DNA of 64,000 bases from the human T2T-CHM13v2.0 reference genome, Homo sapiens. Where the stretch lies: assembly GCF_009914755.1 (NCBI RefSeq), contig NC_060947.1. One strand, given 5' to 3'. Position numbers and translations under genes: made by a program. The notes under the pieces were generated by a model. The model saw only the letters and a program-made list of their open reading frames with translations. It was not told the DNA's origin and searched no databases. This document shows, piece by piece, positions 10,897-25,885 of the stretch. Numbering within the stretch: the stretch's first letter is position 1; the number at the start of each line of letters is the position of its first letter.

Positions 10897-13349
10897 TGGC
10901 CATGGACTGAAGGTAATAAATACCATTTAACAAATGTAATGTTTCAACATTGAAAATGAAGAAAAGGCCGGAAAAAACCTGGAATAGTTGACATTTTGAT
11001 ATTTAAAACTTTTATTGGGGAAAAGTTTAATGCTTCATGCTGCAATTTGATTTTCCTGGTTTCCAAAGCAGTCAAAATACAGAAACTGTAGCCTCATTAA
11101 ATCTAAAGAAATAAGCGAGTTGATCAAGTGTGCTCATTGGGTACATAATAGATAGATGAAATGCAAATACTTACTGGAAAATATGATTAAATGCATGGTG
11201 TTTTCCAAGTCGTTTTAACGTTTATGTCCAAATTAATTTTATTTTAGGAATCAGGTAGATAAATTGTAATTTACTGCTTTTCACCCAAACTTGAATTGGA
11301 ACTAGTATTAAAACTTATGATCTTTGGTTCATGGGTTAATTGAGAATCCTGAAAGGAGTTTTTTCTGGCAATTTTGAAAAATAGAATTTTTAAATCACTT
11401 AGCAACGTAATTTAACGTTTTTAAAGTAAAAATAAAAGCCACTAATAACCCCTCTATATTGTTTATTCTTTCTTCTTAAAGACTTCACTCTTAAAATACT
11501 GCATCATTAAGCAAGGTGCCCTTGTAGTCTGAAAGCAACATATGGACAGAGTAAATATAATCCCGATTAAGCTCCCTGTTTTATATGGAATGGCAGTAGA
11601 GCCAGACGTTTTAAATACCTGCAACTTGTCAACTCCTAATTTGTGGTTTCCCATCGTACTAAGGCACTATGGTATATTTTTCCTAACTACAGATGTTTGC
11701 CATTTTTAACCATAATAAATATACCAAAAGTTTTTCAAGCATTATATTATCTACCTCATTTAAAGATAAACATCTGTTTGCTTTAAAATTGGAATAAAGT
11801 CTATGAATCATAGAATAAGTGACACATTTTATAGGCCATATGCACAAACTCTAGAAATGGGCTAATTTTCAAAATTTATTATGGACAGGCAATTATGTGC
11901 TTGAAATTTTGCAAGCCTATATGATTCATTACCTAAGCCACATTGAGGATTTTTGCATTTAAAATGTTTTTTTTTAAGAAGGCAGTCACTTGGGCATATT
12001 TATTTTTTGAACTCAGTTACTAGAGGTATGGCCAAGATGAAAGGCAACTGATATTGGCCTAAGTTCATGAAGCAGAAATTATGATCCTCAGAAAAGGTAG
12101 CTTTAGACATAAGGATGCTGACAAAATGAATCTTCATTCCTTAAAGTTAGCCAGGAAAAGAAATGTTTCAGAGGATACAACTCAGGTTCTGAAAATTAAA
12201 ATCTGAGCTACAAATGGGGAAAATTTTACTTTATAATTTCTGCAAAATTTGAGTTTACCTTTTATGACTCTGTGTGGTCTATGACATGGAGCAGAAAAAA
12301 CTTGTAAACATAAGTTTTTTGACAAAAGATTAGAATCATGATCTTCCCTTGCTATTGTTTAACAAGCCAACCAACCAGTTTGTTTAGAGGTGAAATTACA
12401 TTATGATTGGGGAATCTTTCTGACATTCACATAATTTATATAAAAAGCATACACGCTCCTGGCTGGAAGAAACATATTCAGGTATGTAGCTTTTTGTTTG
12501 GTGGCTATCTCCAAATTGTTTTAATTTTTGCCAGAAGACTATACTAATGTCCACTTTCAAGAATATAGGTGCATCTTGTAGAGATTAGAAACAGGTTTCC
12601 CTAGGTCTTTAGATAACAGGCTTTTCTGATGTGTGTAAGGTGCAATGAAAATCTGTGGTTCTGCATTATCCTTTCCCATTAAAAGATCCTTTTTCTGTAC
12701 TGTGCAGTCATATACTTTTATTGGGAGATTATGGAAAGGGCCTTCACCTCTTGTACCCTGTAAAACACAAAATATTACTATAGTATCACTATCTGCCTTA
12801 CAGTGGAAAGTAAGTTTGACAGTAAGCTTTATCCTCACTTTTGGTCATATTTTCTTCTTTCAGGGAAGGAACCAGTTTTGCATTAAAATTGTTTAAATGT
12901 ATGAGGTAATGAGAGTCAACCTAGTTATTTAATTTGCATGCAAATGGAATTGCCCCCAGCCTTCCTTTTCTTTCTTTCTCGGATTCGTGTCAGGGCCAGG
13001 CCATCTATCTGGTGCTGGAAATCATCTCTACCTCAATAACCTGCCTCAATGGTGGTGCAGTGTTCCCTAATATGGGCACTGCCAAGTCAAGTGCAATGAC
13101 AAAACTTACGTTATGCAAACTTATTCTAAGTGTATACTTTATGTAAAGGTGCACATTCTTGGGAGATAAGGCAAGTTTCTGCATCTTCTAAGTTACTAAG
13201 CCTCTCTCTGTTCCTCTGCATAAATAGGTGTGGTATTTGCAGAACCCTCTTCATTGGTGAAAAAAAAAAAAAGCCAACTTATGTATAGGCAGGTAGCTAG
13301 AAGAGGTGTTTTGGCCCTTGTGGTTATTAACTTTGAGTTCTAATTCTTT

Positions 13350-13665
13350 CCGTTAAATTTGACAAATCTTTATTGTGCACCTGTTATGTGCCCACTGTAC
13401 TGTGAGAATGGATGAGACATAGGACCTGCCCCAAGGAGCTCACAGGCTGCAAGGAGAAAAAGACATAAAGACAGCTCTAGTACATCTCAGACAATTACTA
13501 TTACTTTCCTGTGAAAATGCATCTTTTAATAAATGCCAGGTATTGTTCTGAGCTCTTGATATACGTTATCTCGTTGCATCCTCTCAATAACACTATGCGG
13601 ATTATTATCCTATTGTACAGAGATACAATTGAAGTTAACTAACTTTTTGAAAGTCAGGGTTCCAT
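13350..13665 (-). mobile_element. L2 3' fragment followed by MIR fragment
   Basis: 'cctgccccaaggagctcacaggct' (L2); 'tgccaggtattgttctgagctct...tatctcgttgcatcctctcaataac' (MIR). Confidence 0.6.
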
Positions 13666-13770
13666 GCCTACTTCATTGGTACCTAACTCAAGGAGTTGTT
13701 GGTTTCACATTTTCCTGGGGAAAGCACTGCATTTCATTCAGAGCTCTGTATTAGGATATGCATCCTTCTT

Positions 13771-14107
<337 letters not shown>

Positions 14108-16512
14108 TAAAAAAGCTTTCTTAGTTTTATATAATCGTTTCTTTGAAAATAACACATTGCCTCCTACCCAACACAAGGAATGTATTATAAGCCTCCTTCC
14201 CCTTGGACTCTGCGTCTAGCCTACTCCCATTTTCCAGGGCCATTTCTCTCCCCACTGAGATGCTTTCACTATCTACTCTCTTTTACAAATTCCAGGGCAC
14301 TTAAACCTCTGTTTCCACCAGGAGACTGAGTATACTAGTTACCTGCTCCTGCAGGGCACATTTTGTCTTCTCTTTCTCTCAGCCTCTCTATTGCATTAGC
14401 CCTGAAGCCTGGTTTTGCATAATCACAAATTTCATTTATGCCTTTCCCCAAGCAAAGGTATGGTCCTCTTGCAAGGAGGAACTGCTATCCGCTTAGAGTA
14501 ATTAGCTTCCTTTGCAGCCAGCTTTGACAATATCATTTATTTCGCCTCAATCACCTTACTTATGACTCTAATTTGCACAGAAGCATTGACTGCACCTTTT
14601 CAAAGGAATCAATGGAGTTGCTTTAATGCCCATTCTTGGTGACTGAGTCTTTGCCTGGTTGAAGTTCTAAATGCAAAACTTTTATTTCCCTGTGTGTGAT
14701 TCACTTTTAGAAAATAACTTTTCTAATTTCCAAGATTTTTTTTTTTTGGTCAAAAGGCAGAAAACATGGCAGAGACCAAATGAGGGCCATTTGAAGTGGT
14801 TTTCTCTAAGTTCAAAGAGATACCATAAGGACTTGCTTTCTTTAGATCTTGCTTTAGCTCCCTCTGAGGTAGCCAGTAGGATGCAGAATATATATCTCTG
14901 TCCAATTTCAACTGGACAGTTGTTGGAGCTCTGTAAGTTCTTTGTATCTGGCAGTTGGCATAGCTACTTGTGGAGACCTAAGTGTCAGCATTAGCAATGG
15001 CCTTGCCAAACCTCATCTTGGTAGCCCTGGGCTGGAAGGCTTATTTCTCTTTGGGTCACTCCTCAAGTTATAATGATGTATGGGATTCAGAGAGCTGAAT
15101 GTTGCCTTAACTGTCCTAGACAACCCCTTCCAAGAAAAAGATGCATTTTCTGAGTAGAGTGGGAGAGACACATCTTTTCTTAAATAGAGGCCTAGAGTAG
15201 TACCTGGTACACTGCTGATTCATGTATGGAGCCACATCATTAAGCTCACAGACACTGTACAGGGAACCATAACATCTCACACTGGCAGGCTTATCTTGGG
15301 AGAAAGGCCAACGGACCTTTCTCCATAACATCTATTATGGACTTTTAAAAACTAACTATGTTTTTGATGTAGCCAAACAAACTAATCCCATGCTGAGCCT
15401 GAAAGGTCACACCGCTGGTTCAGGAAAAACGTCCAACTTCAAAGCAAAGCTTTTCTGTTTAGCTGCAAGGATAGGAAAAGGGGATTCGAAAAGACAAGCA
15501 GTGTGTGTGTCGGCTCAAAGCTTTTGATGAAGAAGAGCAATGGAGTGAACCAAGAAAAGTGATCTGGCAGAGTAGCAGGTTTGAATATGATAATATTAGG
15601 GGAGTATGCTGGCAGGGCTTGAGTGGGACTGAACACTGCAAAATGGTGTACTTCTGTGTGTGTTAGGAGGAAGTAAGTGGGCAATGTAGAAAAAGTTGAG
15701 TTTTGAGAGGTCAGGATGTATAGAATAAAGGAATGAAAATCTGTAGACACTTTGACCAACAAGGAAGCAATTATAGCAATTCAAACACAACCCCAAATTA
15801 TCATTAAATCCATGCAGTATACACTCCTGGCCTCATGATTAATGCCAAAATTAAAGATGATCTTTTCGTAGGCAAGTGTTCATTAAGAGACTTTTCTGTT
15901 TATTCATTAGCTCAATATTTTTTAATTGCAAAAATTAAGTAAAAAAATATCATTACTGTCATTGTTCCGGAATATTGGGCTATATAGAACGTTAATTGAG
16001 GATCCAGAGAGAAATCATATGTACCTGATTAGGAAAACTATGATTAGGATTTATAAAGAATGCACACATATTCCAGGACTATACTGTGTAATATTTTAAG
16101 TGTCTGGTTTATGAAAGTTATTTGGAATATAGGATTGAGGTAATGAAGTATACTTTTATGAACTATCTAGATCAAGTAAGATAAGGAAATGGTCAGGGGC
16201 TGTTATTTTCCTTATTAGGTGTTCTAATAACCAAATATGCCTTTGAGCTTAATGACTGCAGAGGTGCTTTGCGACAGTGATTTATACTCTCCACTTAGGA
16301 TGGGTTGTGAGGTCAACTGTGGCTTTGCAGAATAAACCTTGAGGAAGATTGACCATTCAAAAAAAGGCAGTTGGTGAAAATAGTTTTTTATATGGTTAGA
16401 TTGTTTTACTGTTAGTTTTTGATGTTACGTTCTAGCTTCATAAAATAATATTATTTCATTCGGCATTTAGTTTGATTTGACTTAGTAACAAAGAAAAAGG
16501 GGCATGTATACT

Positions 16513-16890
16513 TGTCTCAGTCCATTTAAGCTGCTATAACAAATTACCTTAACTTATAAACAATAGAAATGTATTGCTTACAGTTCTGAAGACTGGGAAA
16601 TCCAAGATTAAAGTGCCAACAGACTGGGTGTCTGGTGAGGGGTCCCTCTGCTTCAAAGATAGTGCCTTCCTATTGCACTCTTACATGGTGGAATGGGGGG
16701 AACACTGTGTCTTCACATGGTGGAGTATGAAGGGGAGCTTCCTTCAACCTCTTTTATTAGGGTGCTAATCCCATTTATGAGGGTGGACCCTCATGACTTA
16801 ATCACTTTCCAAAGGCCCCACATCTTAATATCACACAAGGGGGATTAGGTTTCAATAGGAGTTTTGGAGGGACACACTCAGGCCACAGCA
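16513..16890 (-). mobile_element. MLT1A-type MaLR solo LTR
   Basis: 'tgtctcagtccattt...gctgctataacaaa...tcatgacttaatcactttccaaaggccccacatcttaatatcac...cacagca'. Confidence 0.85.
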
Positions 16891-17029
16891 GTGCCCATGT
16901 GCAGAAGTGTGCCTAGATGTAGATCTGTGTCCTAGACAGTATATAGCCCTGTGGAAAAGGCAGATGAAAGCAGCTTGAAAGGAGACTTATAACATCATCT
17001 GCATTTCCCCACTATGATTTATAAACTGA

Positions 17030-17700
17030 AAATAATCATTCAACCATCCATTATTCAGTAAACACTGATGGAGCAGCCATTATAGGCATTGATTGAGCAC
17101 CTATGTGTCAATCAGTGTGTTCGGTGTAATGCAAATACAAATATGGATGAAACAGTCTCTTGTCTGAAAGAATTTACACACTATTTGGGGATACAGATAC
17201 AGACATGATTTAAAAAGTACAAATTGATAGGTACTTAAGTGGATATAAAATATTTTAGAAATGTAGGGATCGTTGCCTAGTGTTGCCCAAGTTAAGCCAT
17301 TAGAAGGGAAGACACAGCTGTCAAATACGTACTACCTGGAGGAGCTTTGGCCAAACAGTTGGTGCAGTATTTAAGTTTTACAACAACCATCAAGTAGCAT
17401 CATTATTGCCTTTTTATAAATAAGGAAACAGAGGTTTCCAGAGGTGAAGCAACTTGCACCAGGGCAAATGTCCACATGGGTAGAGCCAGGATTTCTATCT
17501 CAGTCCACTTCACTCCAGAGCCCACCTTGCCTGTGTTCCATGTTGGATTTTGAAGGGTAAGTGGGAATTCACCAGTTAGTGCGTAGAGGAAAGGAAATTT
17601 TGGCCTGAGAACAGAGCATGTAGAAAGGTCCTAAAATGTCAAAAAGTTTTTGAGTTTGGGTTAAAGCATTTTAAGAGAAGGACAGCAGGAGGGAAGGAGC
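17030..17700 (-). mobile_element. L2 fragments interrupted by a MIR (~17380-17525)
   Basis: 'attgattgagcacctatgtgtca' (L2 end); 'aaataaggaaacagaggtttccagaggtgaagcaacttgcacc' (MIR). Confidence 0.6.
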
Positions 17701-18268
17701 TTGAGGGTGGGGAGATTGTCAGTAAACAATTAAGGGCTGCAATCCAGGCCGAACATCCATCTGGGAGCAGAACATTTTAGTTTAGTCTTATTTTAGAGAG
17801 GCTCACTTCTAAGGATTTTTTTAATTCAACATGGTTAAAATGTAGACAAATTTAATTTATTGAACCCCAAATCATGTTTTTTGAATGTTCCAAGGCATTT
17901 TTCTCATATCAGGACAGGATGCATATGATCATTTATAGATACCAGGCTTCTGTGTATGAACCATAGTTTGAATACATGAAATTTGTTTTTGTTTGTTTCT
18001 TTGTTCTTGCCTTTATGCCTTGATGTTTTACATCATTGTGTATTCTTTGCTTTTTACATCTTTAACCCCACTGATTACACTCTCATTAGTCCTGGCTAAC
18101 CTATGTCAAACCACTGTCCATGTTCAGGTACACAATTTGCCAGTTCATTAATTTCAGGCATATTTCATTCTTTCAGCATTCCTGGGAAAGTATGAAGTAA
18201 GAGATCAGGCATAGTCTGACCAAATTCTTGCTTATATACCACAGCATCATTGGAAAAAGTTTAATGAA

Positions 18269-18563
<295 letters not shown>

Positions 18564-18657
18564 AATGGTATTTCTTAATAAACAAATTTGGGTAGCAATC
18601 AAGCCACTCAATGGTAAATGGGATTTTCCCTCTACTCATTCTAAGAGTTGATTCGAA

Positions 18658-18702
18658 CCTCTCCTGAGAATTGTTCTTCCTCTCCTGAGAATTGTTCTTC
18701 CT
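18658..18702. repeat. 21-bp perfect tandem duplication (cctctcctgagaattgttctt x2 + cct)
   Basis: Directly visible. Confidence 0.95.
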
Positions 18703-20154
18703 GATAGACTGCAGTTTCACAGTACTTCTGTGCTATCTGCAACAGGCTTCCCATTAGTGGCACTCAAGGACTGGGTTCTCAGATTGCCAAGTATTCCTTA
18801 GGCTCATTACAACCATGTTACACCAATACAGTGTTGATGGTATCATAAAAGTTAATAACCACTGCATAAATGTCAGTTTTTCCAGTGGAAGTGAAAACAA
18901 CGTTTCAATACTTAGCATTTTTCAGACATGTTTAATCATTTGCATGCACATTTAGTTATGTGTAAAATGGTCTATGGAGTATTGTCAAAGAATAAAGAAG
19001 AGAAAAACTGGCTTTATATGAGAGAAGAGAGAGAAAAACCAGCCTAGGAAGAGTGAATGTTGGTTCCTATTTTGGGGGAAACTGATTAGTTAGTTGGGAA
19101 GGAGGTCAAAGTAGGCAATTTGTCCTTTAGTAGGCCAACTAGGGTTATCAAAGAGAACCATCACAGTTCTGAAGGATCTCTGAAAACCTTGAGATCTTAG
19201 CTGAGAAGTACATGTAACAAGTTGTCTCTTTGTGAGGTCGGCCACTGTCCCCTACCTTAGTAAGGCAAGGTCTGCACCATTTCTCTCTTCAGAATGCTCA
19301 CATTTTAAAGATAAAAAAAATTTATTTTTATGTAGTCTGTGGACCTTCATTTTAGGTTATTTTATTTGTTAGGGTTTTGATTTTGACATCAACATTGATT
19401 TTCAATGCGCTCCAAACTTTCCTTACCTTTGTTAGTTGCTCCACGTTTTACAAATGTTCATCTGTGCAACTAATGGTCTACCTAAATGATCTGTTTCAAT
19501 GACGTGACTTTTCAGTTCTTTGCCTCCCCTTGACTGCACTCAAGGTAGATGGCATCCCAGTCATGTCAGTTGAACTATTCAGCACGTTCTACTGATAGCA
19601 TCCTGGAGTGAGGACTGGGAGTCTCTTTACTTGACTCACTCTAAATTTCAGGAAAATTACAAACTTCACTTTATTTATAAACTTCAGGCCTCCAGTTCTC
19701 AGCTTAGTTTAGTTTAGTGAGTTTTTGTTTTCTTTTTGTTTTCAAGTCAGTTTTTAAATCTCTAAAATGACTGAGTTTGAGGCCATGATGTTTCAAGTTA
19801 TTTTAGCCTTTAATTCTGGAGCTAGGACCATTCTTCATAAAAACTTTTCTCCCAAAGCATTCCCCTTTACCTTCAAGGCATGCAATAATATTTCAGAATA
19901 GTGTCATTTTAGGAAATATATCAAAAAAATTAATCAGAAAGCAATGATGCATAGGAAGACAGCTTAATGAAATATTGTCCTACCTTGAACCATTTTTTTT
20001 TTCTTCATGGGTAAGTTACTGATTCTATTAGAACTCAAATTGTGATTGCTTTCTAATTCATGGGCACTTTTGCATCTTGATTACTGACTCTAAAGGAAAG
20101 ATGAAATTTGTTTTCCCAAACTATTGTTATTGTTGCCATTGTTATTGTTATTAA

Positions 20155-20340
20155 CATACACCATTTACTGAGTGTTTGTTATTTTTCAGGCACTCTGCTG
20201 TTTTATGAGACAGGCATTAGTGTCCCCACTTACAGTTAAGGAAACTGAGGCACAGAGCAGTTCAGTGGCATGAGGTCACACAGCTGGTAAGTGACAGATC
20301 CAAGATTTGAACTCTGACTCTAAACCTTGAGCTCTTAATA
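20155..20340 (-). mobile_element. MIR
   Basis: 'catttactgagtgtttg...ttacagttaaggaaactgaggcacagag...aggtcacacagctggtaagtgacaga'. Confidence 0.8.
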
Positions 20341-20749
20341 TTCTATTACATTTGATTTTTGCTGGTTGACTATTGTTATGACTCTTCCACAAATTTCTAT
20401 ATTATTTTATGTCTCCCAACAAAATGTATGAACAACCTGTGATTCAAGGAACTTTAAAAAAAAAGTCCCTTTTCAGATATTTTAATGGCTCTTGAAATTA
20501 AAATTCAAAAAGCTCTGGATCACCATAGTTAATCAGAACTAGAAGCTCTTATAGAATTGCTTTCTGCTTAATTCTGTAGGGGAAAAAGGCTAAATGGAAA
20601 GAAAGTAATTTATTGCCAAAATACTGATTTCTGCCTCTGAATTTTGGCAAATCTCCTATATCTTTTAGAATTGATATTCAGTAGAAGAGATCGGATTTGT
20701 GAACCTGAGCCATATATTTGCTATGCTCTAACTACTAAAGCAGATGGGT

Positions 20750-22230
20750 TGACTGATGTTTATTCGTTCAACAAACATTTAGTTTTTGGTGATGCTTACT
20801 TGGAGCTAGCTACAATACAAGACACTGTAAAAGGAATAAAATAACAGTTGTCTCTAGGGTTCCATAATCTAAAAGAGGAAGGCATATCTGAAAGCAAATA
20901 GGTATATTTCTATAAGCAATTGCTAGTACTTATTGAATATTTCTCTGAGCCAGGTGATGTTCAAAGCTCTGTACACATAGTGTACATAGTTGGGCAATCA
21001 AGACCCTATAAAAAAAGGTGCTGTTTTAATCCTCCTTAAGAAATTGAGGCATGAAGAGGTTAAGTGACTTTCCCAGGGTAACAACTATCAGTGAAAGAGC
21101 AGGAAATTCAAATACAGAGAGCATGACCTGGAACCGGTGCCCTTGATGGGGTCACGGGTGGGTGTGGTCTATTCTAGCTGAGAAGAGGACATTGGAGCTT
21201 GGTTATGAATGACAAGCTCACACTGGGAAGGCCATCCCAAGCTAAGGAAATATTTGGAAAAATAACAGAGGCAGGAAAGTAGAAAGCAAATGTTTGTGGA
21301 GCAGTGTCAGATCAACCTGGTAGGAATGCCATGTGTTTGACATAATGTGGTTAAAGGAGTTAAGGGTCACTTTATAGAGGGCTGTAAAGACCAAACTGAG
21401 AAAATTAATTCATAATTCATTTAGCGGATCTTGATGTCTCACTAGCCATGTGTCCATTTTATACATATCAATTCATTTATTCCTCATGATGAGGTGATGT
21501 GTCATATAACCATTCCCGTTTCACAGATTGGGAAACCAAGTATACAAAGAGATTAACTTGCCCAACATCACATAGCCAGTAAGAGGTAGAGCTGGGATTC
21601 AAATGAGGAAGCCTGGTTTCCGAGGCCATAAGTATAACTGTGATGATGCCTTACTACTTAGAAGTGGAATGATGTGATCAGAGTTCAAAACCCATGAGTG
21701 AGGACCCATAAACGGGAAAGGAAGGAAAAGAAAGACAAGTGACTTGGGGAGAAGAGACCAGCTGAGGTCACTGTGGCACTCCACTGGAGAGACAGTCAAT
21801 TGACACCAGGATGGTAGCAGTGAAAAGGAGAAAGATGAATGAGGTAGGGATGGGATTTGGAAGTAGGAGCTCAGAGTTCAAATTCTGACCCTGTCCATTA
21901 CTGGTTACTGAGTGACCTTGGACTGGTGGATTAGCCTCTGTGCTTTGATTTTCTAATTCACAAAGAGGGGAAATGCAGCAGAGCCCGGGTGAATGAATTC
22001 TATTTTGGCCCTGCTGATTGGGAGGCGTCAGCAGGCCATCCATCTGGCTGGGCCCAGCAGGTCAGTTAGAAATCTGGGTCTGGAGCTCAAGAAAGAGGTC
22101 AGGCCTATAAATGTACTTAGGAGTCACCTCTAGGGATGTAAGAGTTGAAATTGCTAAGAGGGATGTCTAGAGGGGAAGAGAAATGAAGAGAAGAGAGCTG
22201 ATGAAAAACCACTCACCCCTCTTCCTGAGA
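20750..22230 (-). mobile_element. Fragmented L2 with three intervening MIRs (~20910-21140, ~21440-21640, ~21860-21975)
   Basis: L2 pieces ('ttcgttcaacaaacattta', 'gagttggctgggtctggagctcaagaaagaggtc'-like at 22070-22100) alternate with MIR cores ('gaaattgaggcatgaagaggttaagtgactttccca'); boundaries approximate. Confidence 0.6.
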
Positions 22231-23689
22231 ACAGGTCAGGATTGATCAGGAGATTACTAGGAGCATATTCCATTTGTCTATATTCACTAGTTGATAGTTA
22301 ATGTATTTTTTTAATATGTGAAACTGTCGCTGACCTCTTTTCTCATATCAGCGTTTTTTACCTGCACACGATTTATCATGAGCTTGAGGTTGTGAGCACT
22401 GATGACACTTATTTATTGGTCTCCACATTTGCCGTTGCTTTGGAGAAAATCGCTACAGCAGCATGACCTCAACAGCAGCCTCATATTACTAAGTTCATGA
22501 ACAAAACCTGAAAGTAGGTTTTCCCTTCCGTATTTATGTCCCAAAGTCATCATTTTCTTTTCTAAGCATCATCATATGTTGCCAGAGAAATTATGAAGCT
22601 GTTATTTGGTGTTTTATTAATGTATGCATTCCCTTAATTTAATTTGGAATTGGAAAAGGTACTGTGTGACTAAAGTTGTTTGGAAGAGCAGTTGCCCCAA
22701 ATGGGCTTTGAATTGGCTTCTGTTAGTGCCTGTTTTGTTTTTCACTCTCAAGTCCCTTAGTACACATCACTGGTGTCTATCTAGACTACCTGCTTTTGCC
22801 TAAGGCTCACCTCAGCAGGCTGCACCATTCAAAAAATAAAAGCAAAGCACACAAACACAACACCAGGAAGCCTTGCAAAATCAATGTAGGTCTTCGTTGA
22901 AGGTCTTGAGGTCTTCGGTGTGAATGTATGTGTGTGAGATATGGGGGTCATCACATCTCACTGCAAAACTTTCCCCTAATTATCATTCAACTTTCTCTGT
23001 TTTCCAAATCCTACTCCCTCCAGTACTGCTCAAATTCCATTTCTTCTCTTCTCTTCTTTCTCTCAGCCACCAGACCCTCCTCCACTTTTTAAAATCTTTT
23101 GATATTAAATTAGACCTCTTATCTGTCTCCCCACTCGCATCCCCATTTGCAGTCCTTGTCAAAACCAACCCGTTTTCTTTATTATTCACCATCATTAGGA
23201 AGTCAGAGAGGATGAATTTTAATGCTTTGACCCTGTCAGGAAAATGTTGATTTTATAATACTAATTATTAAAATAGTACTGAGCCCCATTCAATAAATCA
23301 TATACAGCAGATTCCTAACCAAAGAGCATTTATCTTTTTGTACTTTAGTGAGATTTCATTGACCTTTGCAGACGAGTTGTGTTGACTTTCTTTGGAGTCT
23401 GTTCCTGGCTTTTCGTTGTTGTTTTTGCAGCCTTCAGTAGATGGCAAGTGCTGAATTCCAAGTGTATGGAGATCTCCCGTGGTCCACCATAGTGGGGAGG
23501 GGGGATAAATCTAACTCTGAAATTCTCCTTTACCCATCCTTGCACCCCCATCTAAGCACACACAAAGCAGGAAAAAAATCGTAATCAAACTCCTTCAAGC
23601 TTTTTGTTTGTTTGTTCAAAGATAAAAGTTAAACCTGGTAAAAAATGAGTACAAGAAATTCCAGGCCTCATCCCAATCAGGCATTCAGT

Positions 23690-23915
23690 GGGTAGATGGA
23701 TAATGGATGGAAAGATGGATGGATTGATGGATGAATGAATGAATGGATGGATGGATGGATGAACAGACAGACAAATGAAAGGATGGATGGATGGATGGAT
23801 GGATGGATGGATGGATGGATGGATGGATGGATGGATAGACGGATGAATGAGTAGATGGGTGGGTGGGTGGATGGATGGATGGATAGATGGCTGAGTGGAT
23901 GGATGGGTGGGTGCG
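23690..23915 (+). repeat. (GGAT)n / TGGA-TGAA-GGGT compound tetranucleotide repeat
   Basis: Directly visible; gives the spurious HPSI ORF. Confidence 0.95.
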
Positions 23916-25039
23916 TAGACTGTGTAAAAGGAGGCAGTCCCCTTCCTCCTGTAATGTGTGATGGTGAGAGAGATGGGTGAGTGCTCACAGCCTGGTTATG
24001 GATGTGTGTGACCTTGCCTTTCAGATCTATTTTAGCATCAGTTTAAGAAGACACTTCCTTTTCTTCTAGCAATTGCACCTCTAACCCTTTTTCTAGCAAA
24101 TTCAGAAAGGCTGAGTAGCTTTCCCAATAGCCCAGGTGGTACTGGGCTTCTACCCAGAGAAACATGGATAGAACTGTCAACCAGGGCTAATGATGGTGAG
24201 CGCTTGGAGAATTGGGGAACCTTTGCAATTCCTCATGTTGCTGATTGTTATTACCCATTGCCAATTCCCCAATGGATCAGTCTATATTTTGTGATATGAA
24301 CACATGATTTGTGGATACTGGGAGACTGGGAGGGATGGTAGCAAATCTAATTTGTCACTAATTGAGCCAATGTAGTTCAGTCCTGTTAATTCTGTACTTT
24401 ATTGAACTCTAAATCTATTCACATCTCATAAAACATGATTAATCTCTCTAGCTCTTTAAAATACAACAATATATGGCGTGCTTAAGGCTTAGGAATTTGA
24501 CAAAGAGCCCAAGAATAACTTTTTCTCTGAATTCATGAAAAGCATTGGTTAAGCTACTTTATGAACAAGAAATCTGTCATGAAAAAGAAAAGAAATCTTC
24601 TTTACAAACAGTAAAGCTTAAGAGAAATACTCTTAGGATTTCAGATGTAATTTTGCCTTTGAAATACCTTTTGTATGAGAATTTTAAAATCTCTAGTTTT
24701 TTTTTTTTTTAAGTATATTGGAAGGGTAAATACTAAATAAAGATTAATGTAATTGTCTTAAACTACCCAAAAGTTTGAAGCCAGTTGTAGAAAAAAACAA
24801 ACTAGTAAGCAAAGATATGGTATGTTGTTGGGATGGCAAGCTGATGGTTAATAGGAAATTATCATGAATGAAATAGCATTATGATTCACCAGGGAATAAG
24901 TGGAAAGGTTTCTTGGGATGATAGTGTTTTGCAGGAAAAAAAAAAAATAGGTTGCATTGGGATTCTGTAAATAAAGGAGAGGAAGGCAGAGTCCAATCTG
25001 AAATTGTTATATTGGGGGATTGGGAATGTATTATAGACA

Positions 25040-25225
25040 AGGCTCTGAGCATAGTGGGCTTAGAAAGAGTCCTGGGTTGAAGTTCAAACCTTCTCAGTCA
25101 TTCCTGCTGAAACCTTGGCAAACTTATATAATATCTTGGCTTACATTGCCATATATGTAAAACTGGCAAAATAATACCTACTCCAGAGAACCGCTGCGTA
25201 GATTATTAATAATGATGTAAGTATA
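25040..25225 (+). mobile_element. MIR
   Basis: 'cctgggttgaagttcaaacc...accttggcaaactta...tgtaaaactggcaaaataatacctac'. Confidence 0.6.
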
Positions 25226-25885
25226 TTCCCTCCCTTTTTGTCCAGCATACCTTTTGTACATACGCCACTGCTTTTAGCACCCCTTACAAATAATTTGGAG
25301 TCTGCCTCCTAGATTTGCCAAAAATGGAGCATACTTTTTTATTCTTCAGTCACCTTCTTGATTTGCCCCTCTATTTGTTGAGGGAGGGTACCAATTACAA
25401 TTTTTAGTGATTCAAATGGATGCTTTCATTATTTCCCAAAATAATACGATAATAATATCCCCTTCTCTTAAAAAAGTCATCTTAAATCTTAAAAGACATT
25501 TTTACTAATTCATACCAGTAGAATTGGCATTTACAAATAGGATATGAAATTATGTGGAATCTATTATCCACTCTTCTGAGACAAGTAGTTAACATGAGTA
25601 ATATTTTTCATTGCCACAAAAGTGGTTGTATAATTCTCTTTTTGTGCACTTAATTGGGGTAGGTTGTGATAATATAGTGATTCATCCTGGTTGGGAATGT
25701 TGTGTTTAATTATATAATCTGATTGAAGAAAAGCTCCTTTCTTCAGACTGGGCACAGGAATGCAGGCTAGATAAATTTCATATTCTTTCTAGTATATGTC
25801 TTTAATATTTTATATATTTAATATTTTCCATGGCCATTTGTTTTAAGAATTCTGGCACTGTTTATCATCTTATAATATCCAGAAG

